Assembly (NCBI RefSeq): GCF_964355755.1
Contig: NC_092676.1
Coordinates: 23,144,871 to 23,208,870 of the forward strand
Reading direction: 5' to 3'
Length of the DNA: 64,000 nt
From: Antedon mediterranea
Lineage: Eukaryota; Animalia; Echinodermata
Of the stretch, positions 50,221-63,814 are shown piece after piece. How positions within the stretch are numbered: position 1 is the stretch's first letter; each line of letters starts with the position of its first letter. The position numbers and the translations under genes were made by a program. The notes beneath the pieces are model-generated. The model made no database searches, had not been told where the DNA came from, and saw only the letters and a program-made list of their open reading frames with translations.

Positions 50221-51523
50221 TAAGAATTTTTTCTCTCTCTCTTTATTGTTACTTTTTGTTTAATTAGACGAAAGAAAGAAGTGTAATGTCCTGTCGTATT
50301 CTGTAATAACCTGTCGTATTCTGTAATATCATATTTTTTAACAAAATTGTCGTATTTTATAAAAAAAAAACCTTGTGGTATTTTGTAGTAAATTAATCAA
50401 TTACAAATACCCCAGTTTAAATTAAAAACATCAGAATTCTTCATTACTGTCTCTGGTCCACAATTATGGAATGACAACTTTAAGACACCACAATCTATTA
50501 TTGTGTTTCGGGCCAATGCTAAAAAATACTTAATTTCTTTATATAATGATTAATCTGATGTCGTAGGCCCCTATTTGTTTGTTTTTATTTTTTATTGATT
50601 TATTGTCTCAATGACCTTATATGTTTACTTGGTAATTATATTATTTTAGTTTGATAGGCTCTTCACACGTGACAAGAATAATTTATTCTTCTAGTATAGA
50701 TCCAATATGATTCTACTTGCTTTGTTGTCTATTATGTAAATATTTTCTGTATTCATGTCATATTGAAATAAAAATAACCGTTGACGGAAAAAAAAGCTGT
50801 CGTATTTTGTAATAAAGTCTGTCGTATTTTGAAAACGTTCTAACTTACCTAGTTATGCATGTTCTTTCAATAGAGTACTTGTCTTAAAAATATATTATTG
50901 TTTGATGTTGCGTTTTTTAAGTTACGATGTCAAGATCACATTCGTAACATCTAATTTAAATAATTGATTTATGTTTCAAATATTTCTACCAAGAATTTCT
51001 ATAATATCAGTTGGTTGATAGAATATGTTATACTTTATATGAATTACATTGGTCCAGGTGGATGGTTGGACCCAAACGTATTGTTGCATTGTATTCAAGT
51101 GTTCATTTGTAGTTGTACTAATTTGTTATTGCATTTTACGAGCGGAAAGGGATTCCACCTGATAGTGTACTGTTTATTTCCTTTACTATACAATCCATAA
51201 TATTAGAACTACAGTACTGTATTAATGTTACGGTAAAGTAAACTTTATTATTTAGATTGTAATTAGGTCGGTTGACAGTCCGAACCACCACACAATGAAA
51301 TGTGCTGAATGTTGTAAACTTAAGTACACAAACACTAAACACTTTAAGTCATATTCTGTGGTCACGAATTTATTTGAAAACAAATATCCTAACAAATATC
51401 ACATTTACTAAACCGGAGACGTATTTTTATTTTAAGCAGCTACCAAACAATTTAAAGTAATTGAAAAAAGAAATGGTACAATTATCAACTTTACTAAACC
51501 GAATGCTTTATTTGTCATTTAAG

Positions 51524-52342
51524 GGAAGCTACCAAAACCAACCCACGATGTACACCACATACAATACTCAACCTGCTCCGGTGATTATCAGGACGACCAG
51601 GCCTAACAATTACCTCATTCCAGCCATACTCGTAACATTGTGTTGCTGTTGTCCATTTGGAACTATTGGTATTTTTTACAGTGTGAACGTACGTTAATAA
51701 ATACAATAATAAATAAATAATAATAAATACTCTTGGCTAACATTATGAGATTTTGTTGACAAAATGAATTTTTTAATATTATCTTAAATTCATTTTTTTT
51801 AAGCATCTGTATACAGGCTTACACAATCAGGTAATAGAAAAACCTGTTTTGCATTCTGGTCCTGTCTTAAATACAAAATAAATTGAGGGGAAAAATAAGT
51901 TTAATTTGTCTACAAAATGTTCTTCTGTAAGCAAAAGTATATTCTAATTATATACAGTTTTTTACAACCATTGCTATATATTATTAGTAGGCCTATTATT
52001 TACCAGTAATTCAGATTCTAGTTTTGGAAAGAGGCTGACGTACATTAATTGCAGTTTAATACACAGTTCATTGTTTACAAACTGCAAACTGAACCTGTAT
52101 CACACAGCTTATTATTATGATTTTATTTAATTTGGTTACAAATTGTTAATAATTGGTTTTTGGTTGAATTTTTTCAGAGTTCACAGAAGTTTGACAGCGG
52201 AGACGTGGAAGGCGCTGAAAGTTCTGCTAATGTTGCAAAAAACTGGTCGATTGCTGGCCTTCTGTGTGGGCTTTTGGTTGTTGTTGCTGTCATCATTTTA
52301 GAATTTACAGTGTTGAGCGCCAGTTCATACGGGCAAGAATAA
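51524..52342 (+). CDS. CD225/dispanin 3'-half cassette D4 (protein-identical to D2)
   Basis: Exons 51524-51688 and 52178-52342. Confidence 0.8.
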
Positions 52343-54412
52343 TTCTTGTTGCAAAATATTAAGAGAGTGTCGGTAACCAATTCTGGTCATTTCAATACCC
52401 TGTTACCTCTAGCCCCCCTCCCTATGGCTGTTTCAGTATACAAAGTCTCGGCGCAGAAAATGATTAGGCAAATAGTATAGTCTAAGCTGTAAATATTCGT
52501 GGTGCATACAGGATACATATTGACTCGGCAGGTATGTTTCCGATAGGCCTAATACGTACCACATCCTGTTCGGAAAGTGTTCAACCCAATTGTTGTATTT
52601 CTGGTCCGTCTCAAGTAAACCGGACGTAATAACCAAAGCTTACTAAAATTTGTAAAAAAAAATATATGATAATTTTGAATAAGAACGAAAATTCCTAAAC
52701 ATTTGTTAAAAAGAAAGCTGTTACTCTTATTTGTACATACGAATTAAAACAGAAACACGACAGAGATATACAACTGAATTTTTGTTTGTCTCTTCTGGGT
52801 TTCCCACTTTTATTTCATCATCGTTAAGATATTTCATTCATTATGATTTTATACATTATCTAATCTAATTCATCATAATTACAGTATTTGGTTTGTAACA
52901 TGCTACAGAGCATAAGCTATTAAACTATTTGCAGTATAGGAAAGTAGAAAACATGTATGTACCAATATAACATACATCTATACATACACCATATACTAAT
53001 TCATGATAACATTTTTTTTCTTCATTGAAACTTAATTATCAAATTATCTAGTTTGTTTTATTTTTCTATTTATACATTTATAGATCACCATAATTTTAGT
53101 TAAATTGTGATTAGGCCTAACGTATTTGTTTGCCATTATACAATTATTAACACATCTCATGATTCATATAATATTTTAAACAATTTTACTATATTTACTA
53201 CATATGCATATATATAATAAAGGAAAGTATTACACTGTAACACAAGTCAATAATTTGATATTAAATATTGAATTGCAAATATTAATGTATACATCTTAAC
53301 CTTTACACGTTTAATGCATTGTATGAAAAGTTAATGATTGTGAATATTTATCTGGTCTGTAGTAATATTCATTTATCATCAGGCTGTAATGGTTTTTTTT
53401 CATCAAAACTTTAACCGATCCAAAATTTTTTTCGCTTTTATCTAAAATAATATTTATTATGTTTAAATAGTTGAAACAACGTTCACCCGTTCCTCCTCCA
53501 TTTTACCACTCCGCTTGTGAAAGAAATCGAGGAAGAAATTCTACTCCTAGGCCTATATAAATGTTCAATTTTTTTGACGAAAAATGGACTAGCTAATATC
53601 AAAATTCAGTAAAAAAAATAAGCCAAAAATATGTCACTATGACATTTGTGTACAAACAATTTAATATAGGCCTACATTCAAATGATTCTTTAATGTAATT
53701 TGTTGGTTTTTTTTTTATTTGAGGATAGACCAATACAAATTGTACGCAAGAAGGATATTTAAACCAATTCAAAGGTGAAAAGTCCGTAATTGCGGACATT
53801 AAATTGATCACATCACTTTGTCTATGGAAGCCAATTGTCCTAATTAAAGGTTACAGTGGATTTATACAAAAATTTCCCAACGAATTTTAAATTATCTCCC
53901 GGATGTATCAATGACTAATGAAATGTCTTTCTTTCCGTTGAATGGCGGACCAAAGTCCTGGTGACAATACTGACATTTATGAATAGACATGGACATTTTA
54001 TTTTCTATGTATTACTTTTACAGCACTAAGAGACAGATTATTAAATGCTATAAACATTAGATTAAGTGTTAAAACAGCGAATGCTGGTTCATGTTCTTTT
54101 TGTATCGGTGTCAATAAACGCTTAGCGTTGCACACATCAAACGATCCTGTGGAGATTACGTGACTTCCTCCAAAATGACGTAATCTCAACAAAAGATATT
54201 CTGATTGGTTTAAAAACTTTATTAGTTTATGGGATATGGAGCAGCGATTTTGATTGATGGAATTAAGATTTATTGATTGATTACGTCGGTCATGTGGAGG
54301 TCTATAAAAGATCTCGATATTGTGCATAGATCAAAGCAAACTCAAATTCGATTTAATTCGTTCGGTCTAGGAGGACTACTTTCAATCTAGGAGGGACTTC
54401 ATTATACTAACA

Positions 54413-57400
54413 ATGTCATCAGAAAAATATCAAGGTAGGATTATTAACATTTGTTATTTTACATTACAATACGTCTTATAGAATATTTCATGTCATCAAT
54501 GGTCTGTTTCCAAAACCAAATTATACTTTGATAATTTTTACCGCGTTCTTATAAAATAATTTCCTAAACATATCGTTTATTCCGACTTTTGATACATTAT
54601 CGCATGGTCGCGCTTCAGCTTTCATAAATTGTATTTTGTTTAGAAAACACGTATTAAAAAACAAGCAAGGTAGTATAAAAGCGCATGTTAAAAGTCTGGT
54701 ATTTTACATATGTCAACTTGGCCGACATAGGCCTAACATTTCCATCAGTGGCCGCGGCGTACACATCATTTACCAGGAAGTTGTTCCTCTTTTGGGTTAT
54801 ATTAAATTTAGACCTAAATTTTGTTGTTGTCAAGTTAGGAACTCTGGCTAGACCAAACAGGTTGTTGGCTCCCTAGTAGCAACTTGAACCTCCCGTCGTG
54901 ATCGACTTGTGCATATTTTGAAGGAAGATTAAATCAATATTCCGTAATATTTTCCCATTTTTCCCTCATTGTGTACACAGTTATTGTTATCTGACATCTG
55001 TTACTTTTTAATATTTGGATAAAAACCAAAACTCCTTCTTCAAAAATGCCAATAGAGTTGTATCTGTGTGCTATGTTTATTCTACATCAAATTCTTTTTT
55101 TTTAGATTCATTTAGGCCTAGTTATTTCATTTATTTTATTTAAAGTAAGGTTTCGGAAATGAGTTATATTTTTTTTAACTGAAAAGAAGCTCAGTTTAAA
55201 TACATTTTAACAGGCGTCTCGATAAAACCGTTTCTTTTGAAACAAATAACACATACAATATTAATTTTTGATAACCTTGATAAAATGAGTAAATATATGC
55301 TATGCGTAGACTTTTTTCCCCTTAGTGTGGTATGATTCCGTCCTGTACCGATTGTTAAGATTAAGGTTCAGATAAATTAAAACTATTTTTCCGTAATGCA
55401 GCTTTACAATTTTAGGTATATAGATGTTTAACATTTCAAAAACATCTATTATATTATTAAATCTATTATTCTCAATTTGAATGAGTCGGTCAAAAACATG
55501 TACTGATGTTTAGGCTCTGATAAGGAAAATTGTAAAGCAGATATATTACTACCATATTTGGGCAAATCACACTTTTTTTGTCACATAACATTTGATAATG
55601 TAAACAGGAATTTATATTGCTTACCTTGATTAAAGATGTATTGTCCCTTGAAACACAAAAAAATGAAGGTCAAAATATACTAAATTTTAATTTGCCATAT
55701 CAAAGTAATATTAAAGTTATTCACTTTAAGTCGAAAATTCAAGCCAAAAACAACAATTTTACGTAATTAACAGCTAAATTAATTTGATTACATTTCGTCT
55801 GGAAAATAGCGAGCAAAAGTAAACAAAGATTTAAAACCATGAGTATACATTATGCATGATGCTAATTAGGATTGTTTACAACTCATCACGGTTAAAAGTT
55901 GTTTTCACACAGATCGCGAGGAAGTTTTATGATTTTGCATACAGAGTAGCCAAATAAGCGCATTGCATATGAGATATGTTTTGATCGAAAACTTTGACTG
56001 GAAGTCAAAGTTATTTTTTTAACCAAAAAACGTCTGTATTTCAGTTAAATGATTTTTGTTTCCGACTAATTTTTGGTGAAAGTTAATAACTATTATGATA
56101 CTTCAAAATGACCAACTTTTTTTCGAAATCTTTTAATTTTAATTTTTTTGGAATTTGACAAAGGGACAATACATCTTTAAATATGCGTTTCAATCATTTT
56201 TACATTTTAGATCCTTCAGCTCAAACGAATCCCGGTTATCCAGTAGTTACGGTGAGTTACCTTATTTTATGTTTTAGAATATAATCCCACCTTGTAAAGT
56301 GACTTGATAGGCAGCCAAAAATTAACTTATTTCACTGTTTACGTAAATTGAGTTACAATAGTGCAAGTCTGATGTTACGAATAAAGTTCTCTCATATTAT
56401 TAATATCGGTGGAGAAACTCCATTCATAGTTTTAAAAAACAGAATTAATGATAGTTGAAATTAATTTTTTTAAACAAATGTCTGGAATGTTACTTCCAAA
56501 ATTCAATCTTCATCAGCGCTGGTGCAATCCTCCAATTGAACCTCTATGGTGCAATAATCTTCCAATTGCACCTCCATGGTGCGTAGTCTGTAATGTTACT
56601 GCAATTTAGGATGATGATTGTGCAAAATCTTATTATTTTTCTAGTTGATTTGTTTTCCTTTGGTTTTTTAGTTATTGTTTAACATGGATGTACTATCTGA
56701 AATAAAAGAAGTTAATCAATGAATTAGTAGTCCTATTTGATAAATACTATAAACCTGCGTTATGAGAGTATTGTGTAAAGTGTAAACTATATTGTACAAT
56801 AAATGGGAATTTCAGTTATATTTGTTACATATAGTATAGTGCAATAAGAACCATCATCTTGGGCACCAGTATTCAGAGGAGATCCATAAGGGGACCCTTT
56901 ACCGTGAAACGAACGAGAAGCAATACATGTTTCAACCCCTGATCAACCTTATGTATTTATCAACAAACTTTTCACCAATGAGTAATATATAAAATAAGTT
57001 AAATAAATAAATACATTTACAGCTAAATGGTGTCCTTCTCAGTCTAGGCCTACTACACGTAAAAGTCGTATGTGTGCCTCCGACGGGATGTTTGTTTGCC
57101 AACTTAAGTACCGTAAACATTTTAATGTGTTCTTATTTATTTTTTTATAGAATCCTCCTCCTGCCTACCAGCCACCACAAGGTTATCCAGCAGGACAAGT
57201 AAGTTACTTAAATACATTTTCAGAAAAAGCATATGTTGACATTAAGAATTATATTCCATATTTCTCACAGTAAGCCTCCAACTCTACCACCGTCTAGTTG
57301 TTTTTTTAAATATATTTTCATACGCATCCAACAGTGAGCAGTTCGCAAATTATAGGATGGATAAACCAAGGATGAGGGAAATTACACTCTTTCCTATCAA

Positions 57401-58490
57401 CCAGAGGACCATTTGAACGGGTTATTCTCTGCTATGTCATATTCTGTTTATTTGATGAATTGAGTTCATTTTGGTGTTATTGTTTTGTTCTATATGAAAT
57501 ACCAATACAAATTACAGACAGTAAACAGTTCGCCAATTACAGGATGGATAAACTATTTTATAATTCATCGTGATTATCACACTTAAAACGTAGGGGGTTG
57601 GAAGAACTAGGTCAGGATTGAACCCGGGAAGTTAAGCACGTTAACCACCAGCGCAGCCCCACTTTCATTAAGACCAACAGTAAAAAACACCTTATCGCTC
57701 TATAATCACATTATTACTTTTATGTTTTCAGCCTGCCTACCCACCACAACCCCAACCTGCAGGTTACACCGCCTACAATGTCCAGCCCGTGCCAGTGACC
57801 ACAATAACGACCATAAGAACCAGGCCTAACAATTACCTCATTTCAGCTATACTTGTGACTTTTTTCTGCTGTTGTCCATTTGGACTTATCGGAATTATCT
57901 ACAGTGTAGATGTAAGTTTATCATTTTCTCCCTTAAACTTAAACTAACTTAAGAATACTTAATAATACAATTAATTCTTGTCTAAAAAATATAAACATTA
58001 TCCTATGTCGTTTCCATTTTTTATTTAAATCCAGTATTATGTTTAACTTTTCCCTATACGACAGAAAATTGTTGTATTGTTGTTTTACCACATTTTGTCG
58101 GTGAAACAAAATCATAATATTGTATTTTATATTCCGGGCGTCCAATACACCGGGCAAATTCTTCGAGCCAGCAATATATGTACAGGGAGAGTAATCTGCT
58201 CCTGGTTTTAAAATTCAATGACGTGGTATATTAAAACAGTTATATTTTACGTAGAAATAAAGGTTTTACGAATATTTTGAGTTGTTATGTTTCAACATGT
58301 CGATTATTTTGTTTTTCAGAGTTCGAGTAAGTTTGACAGTGGTGATGATGCAGGCGCCGCAAGCTCGGCTGGAACAGCCAAAAGCTGGACTATTGCTGGG
58401 CTGGTGTGTGGTATTATAGGTATCACTATCTACGTCATAATGATAATTATCGGCGCGTCCACCACTAGCTCATATTCGTCTTCTTACTAG
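54413..58490 (+). CDS. CD225/dispanin family protein D5 (paralog of D3), 153 aa
   Basis: Exons 54413-54434, 56211-56251, 57151-57198, 57732-57911 and 58320-58490 are in frame. Confidence 0.88.
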
Positions 58491-60008
58491 CCGAAAAAGA
58501 AAAGACAATACGACATGCTGAAGATCCATATATATATATATACCCAGCGCAAATTATAGAAACCGTTTGTTATATTATTATTGATCTGTGGACGGTTCGG
58601 TTTGATTTGTGGGTGAGGAGTCTCGATACTTTTTAGTGCCTGGACAACACCTCTGTTTCATTCTTCAACTTTTCTTCAAACTGTATGTAAAATTAAAACT
58701 TTGCAATATTTACCACCTCATTGCCGATAGTTGGTAGGCAATTAGACAGAATCCTTCCTCTGGGTGCCTGTCTAGTCAATCTCTTCTTCTTTCCACCTTA
58801 TAGCCTAAATTTACTAACTTGTTCCGTTTCACGGCGCAGTTAGTTCAATTCCTATGATTTCCATTATTTAACAAAACCGTCATCCGTTCTGTGAAATGGA
58901 ACAATATTATGTATCTTACTCCATGGCATGACTGTGTTTCACGCTTATGTCTCCATGACCCTGTCATGGAGACATAAGTTTCTGTTATTGTGTTGTATTA
59001 TTGTATATATATTTTTTATTTTCACCTTTATTGTGTATCAATGCAATTTAAGACTTTGTATTGAATGATTAATTAATGTTTAGAGAGTAATAAAGTGGGA
59101 AAAGAATGGAAATGTGTTTATTTTATTTTATTTTTATTCAGTGAGTCGTCTAATTCTACGGTACTTACAACAACTGTTTTACTGAGCACACTTCGTGCTT
59201 TGTCAGTCATTACGAAAACGTTGTTTCGCATAGTACTTATCCAGAGGGAGTTGCTCCGGCCTGCTTATACTATGTGCAAAATAATGATACTAGGACATAT
59301 ACAGACAATGCCACCACTACAAACACACTTAAACAAAAATATACAATATCTACACCTACCGCATCCCCACAAAACTCTCAAAAACCACTTTGTTTGTGGT
59401 ATAGGAGGAGGGGGATTGGTGGGTGTACAATTATCTAGGCTGTTGTCCTGATATGACGGATTTCAACAATCGTACACTTTTCCATATTTTCTCGAAAACA
59501 GATCATTCTCATTGGGTTATTAATAATAATAGATATATTTATATTGCGCGAATAAACAATGTCTCTATGCGCTCGACAATAAAGAAATAGAAAGAGTACA
59601 AAAAAGACAAAAAAAACCCACCAAGCTAGCACCCAAACCGAAGTATGGGGATACACCATCACCGCTAACTGGTGTGTAAGTACCCCAGTTAGCATCGGTT
59701 AAGTCTTTTCAGGGATCCGGTGCCTCCAGTCTACTAGTAAAGAAACAACAACTGGCAAGAAAGGTGAACAAAAGCAAAAATAAAAAAAGGATTACAACGA
59801 GGCGATTGTGTAATAAGCTATTTAGAAAATCCCTTGTTTAGTTTAGATTTGAATTTCTTGCATTGAAGGTACATTTCTTTTGTTAAGACTTCTTTTGTTA
59901 AGACTTCTTTTGTTCTTGTTCTATGGTTTTAGTTCACCTGTATCAAATTTGCATAGCCAAGTTCTATAAGTAACCAAGGCTTGGCTTAGGACAGAGCATT
60001 TTAAGTAA

Positions 60009-60300
60009 GTTGAATTCCATGTTGTAACTTGTTTAAATAACTTATTGGACATTATACCATATTGGATACTACTGTACCTTGTTGAATTCCATGTTGTACC
60101 TTGTTTAAATACCTTATGGGACATTATAACATATTGGATACTACTGTACCTTGTTGAATTCCATGTTGTACCTTGTTTAAATACCTTATTGGACATTATA
60201 ACATATTGGATACTACTGTACCTTGTTGAATTCCATGTTGTACCTTGTTTAAATACCTTATTGGACATTATACCATATTGGATATGTACCTTGTTGAATT
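60009..60300. repeat. 72-bp tandem repeat, 4 copies (single copy in duplication copy 1 at ~49395-49475)
   Basis: GTTGAATTC at 60009, 60081, 60153, 60225 and 60293. Confidence 0.93.
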
Positions 60301-61410
60301 CTGAATTGAAAAGTTTGATTTTGAAAACTTGTATCTGTTATTTATACACCTTGTACTTATTTATAGAAAGTCAGCAATGTAAGTTTAGTTTATTATCATT
60401 CATTTAGTTGTTCTTATACTCTAGGCGTAGCCATATTGTTTATTCTGTTGATATATATTTGCTGTTTGTTTAATAGATGTTTAAATAATGTTCTTATTTT
60501 AATTCCTTATAGGTTGAACAGTCATAGTTTGAGCCGTCATATTCCGACTAAATCATAATAAATCAACAACTCAATTTTACTCCTATTTTCTAAATTGTAA
60601 TCATTCTTACAACACCAGATCTTCAACAACTGCAAAAAAAACCTAATATACGAAAAACATACAATTTTACTTAGAATAACATCTTTTATTTACAAAGGAT
60701 CTTATATATGGAATAACTTACCACTCAATCTAAAAGCAATACCCATCATAAATTAATTTAAAACAAAATGCAAACAGATACTTATTTCGAACATTAGTAT
60801 TCATAATTGCCTTAAGAATTTTTTTCTCTCTCTTTATTGTGCCTTTTTGTTTAATTAGACGAAATAAAGAAATGTTTTATTTTCTCTCACTTAAATTAAA
60901 TAATTAAATGTATATTTATTTATCTGGAGGACCAAACTTAAAGCCTTGGCTTAATGCGTCCTCCTTAAACAATTTTATTTATTAATTTATGGTCTGTATT
61001 ATTATTATATTGTGTGAAAACAATAAACATGAAACTCGAAAAACTATTATATTACCGTCATAATTGTCATCGACATATTGATATCGTCATACCGTACAGT
61101 ATGTCGAATAAACTACACGTATGGAATTGCTGCTGATTTGTTTTATTCTAATAATAATAAATAAATAAATAAAATAAATTAAATAAATAAAAAAAATAAT
61201 TAATTAAATAAATAAAATAAATAAAAAAATAAATAAAATAAATAAATAATATACTGGATATATATAGCGGCTAATGTATATTATTATTAATGATATGTGG
61301 ACCTTTCGGGTTTGGTTTGTGGATGTCTCGGTCTTGTTCGTGTCAGGACATCACATCTGTCTCATTCTCGACCTTTTCTTCAAATTGTATGTAAAAACTG
61401 TTGCAATATA

Positions 61411-62577
61411 AGTGGTTTCACATTTAGATAAGAAGGGGACCTATGCTCGAGGGCTATTCATAGACTTTTCATCTGCATTTAATTTGATGCAGCCTCATAT
61501 TTTAATGAATAAAATGTCTGAATGGAAGGTTAATCCTTACCTTGCTCTATGGGTTGGTGATTTTCTTACAAATCCGTTACAGTATCTCAGAGATTAGAAG
61601 GATCAACACTGGTGCACCCCAGGGGTGTTGTCTGTCACCAAGTTTATTTACAATATATACTAGTGAATGTCGATCTTCATGTAGCATGTGTCATATAATC
61701 ATACGCAGATGACATGGTACTGATTGGTCTATTGAAAAATGCTGACGATCATGTGTATAAGGCTGAATATGTTAAATTAATGTCATGGTGCAATGACAAT
61801 TACCTTAAGATTAATTTTAATAAAACTAAAAAAATTATATGGGATTTTAGGAAAAAGAAAAATGAAAAAAGTTATCTGATAGTTAATGATCAGACAATTG
61901 AACGTGTTCATGAAACCAAATATCTTGGTACACATATTGATGATCAACTTAGTTTTGAAAAAAATACGGCCGAGATAATTAAGAAAGGTCACCAAAGGTT
62001 ATATTTTCTAAGAAAGCTAAATAAATTTAATGTTAGCTGTTGTACTTTAAAATTATTCTATGAAACAGTTATTCAATCAGTACTAGTTATCTCTTTTATT
62101 GCTTGGTTCGGTAATTTAAATGAAACACACAAGAAAGGTCTCATTAGAATTACTAAGATAGCATCAAATATAATTGGTTGTACGGTTAATGATTTAAAAT
62201 ATCTTTATGAAAAACAAGTCTTAAGTAAAATTTTAGAAGATAAGAAACATCCATTACATATGAGATTTTTTAAGAACAAGTCAGGCCGGTTACGGGCTCC
62301 TAGAGCTGATACGGTACGTCAAGAAATGTCTTTTGTACCAAATTCAACTCATATTTTTAACTCAAAGATTGTTAGATCATAATAGCGCACATGCAATATA
62401 TATTTTAAAGTTTTACTGTTGATGGATGTTTAATTAATGTTTTTAAATTGTAAATTTGTTCTATGTATGATGTAATTATGAATGTTTTACCATATTTTTC
62501 TGTCGAGGAAAACAATTTTTCCATGTACAATTTATTTTATATGGAACGAATAAAGATTTGATTTGATTTGATTTGAT
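61411..62577 (+). mobile_element. 5'-truncated, frameshifted non-LTR retrotransposon (Rex1/Babar- or L2-like reverse transcriptase)
   Basis: RT motifs ARGLFIDFSSAFN, TGAPQGCCLSPSLFTIYT, YADD, INFNKTK, KYLG and QRLYFLRKL; AATAAA followed by a (TTTGA)n tail. Confidence 0.9.
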
Positions 62578-62646
62578 AATGTAGTCCTCCTAGATCGAAC
62601 GAATTGGATCAGATTTGAGTTTGCATTGAAATAATATGCACAGTAT

Positions 62647-62801
62647 GCAGGTGCCGCAAGCTCGGCTCGAACAGCCAGAAGCTGGACTATCGCTGAGCTG
62701 GTGTGTGGTATTATAATGCTCACTATCTGGGTCATAATGTTAATTGTCGGCGCGTCCACGGCTAGTTCTAGTTATTCCTACAATACGTATTCGTCTTACT
62801 A
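62647..62801 (+). pseudogene. Truncated dispanin last exon (D3/D5-type) with its 3' UTR
   Basis: Reads AGAASSARTARSWTIAELVCGIIMLTIWVIMLIVGASTASSSYSYNTYSSY*; lacks the exon 5' end and upstream exons. Confidence 0.8.
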
Positions 62802-63814
62802 GCCGAAAAGGAAAAGACAAAACCTGTTAAAGATCCATTTATATACCCAGTGCAAATTATAGAAATCTGTCGGTTTCACGACGCAGTTCAATTCCTATTT
62901 TTTTTCATTGTTTAACAAAAACGGTCTTCCGTTCTGTGAAACGGAACAATTGTGTAGCTTACTCCATGGCATGACTGTTTTACGGTTATTAGCCCTGTCA
63001 TGGAGACATATACCTTTCTGCTATTGTTTTGTTTCACCTTTATTATATATCAATGTATTTTAAGACTTTGTATTGATGATTAACTAACTAATGTTTAGAG
63101 AGTAATGCAATTTTTCATAGACTACCATATACATTTAATAATCATATTGATATTTTTACTAAAATTTATTTCAAAATGAAGATTAAATGTTCACTTCTTG
63201 AACAGTCTGCATAACCTATTTGATTATTATTATATCTCTTATTGTCATCATTTTAAATTAATAGCATGCTGATCTATATATATATTAATATTTATATATT
63301 TGTATTTGATTATCTGTTTTTGATGTTGTATTGTTTTATGTTTCAAACCTGTATATGGAGGTAATTATCGCTGTTGGTTTTGATTGAATATAACAAAATA
63401 AATAAAATAGAAAAGTGGCAAAATATTTATAATATTACAATGGAAATGCATTGTTTATTTTATCAGTGAGTTGTCTACAGTAAAACCAAAGCAACGTAAA
63501 GTTGTTTGAGCACCGACTTATTTTCAGATTTAGATTTCAGATTTAGATTCTAAGACGATTACCTCTTAGACATTACCGTCAAGGAAAAGTCCTAGATCAA
63601 CTATTAGTATTACTCGCCCCCACCACCCGGAAATCCACAGAACTACCCTAAAACCATATCGCTCAGTTACCACGGGGATTTTTCAATGACTTGGTAGTTT
63701 TCCAGGGGCGGGTGTAATTATCATCCAGGTCGCTAGCGAATTTCAACATGATTAAACACCCGTACTTCTTCTATGACGTTTTCCAAAAACGGATTATTCT
63801 GATTGGTTAAAAAC

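Larger units (their letters stand above)
39176..50281 (+). repeat. Segmental tandem duplication, copy 1 (contains D2 and D3)
   Basis: Collinear and near-identical to 50282-60871; ends TTAATTAGACGAAAGAAAGAA. Confidence 0.92.
50282..60871 (+). repeat. Segmental tandem duplication, copy 2 (contains D4 and D5)
   Basis: Starts with about two units of the 20-bp minisatellite and is collinear with copy 1 up to TTAATTAGACGAAATAAAGAA. Confidence 0.92.

Noticed and set aside
59921-60407. ORFs with 24-aa repeats
   Set aside because: Product of the 72-bp tandem repeat
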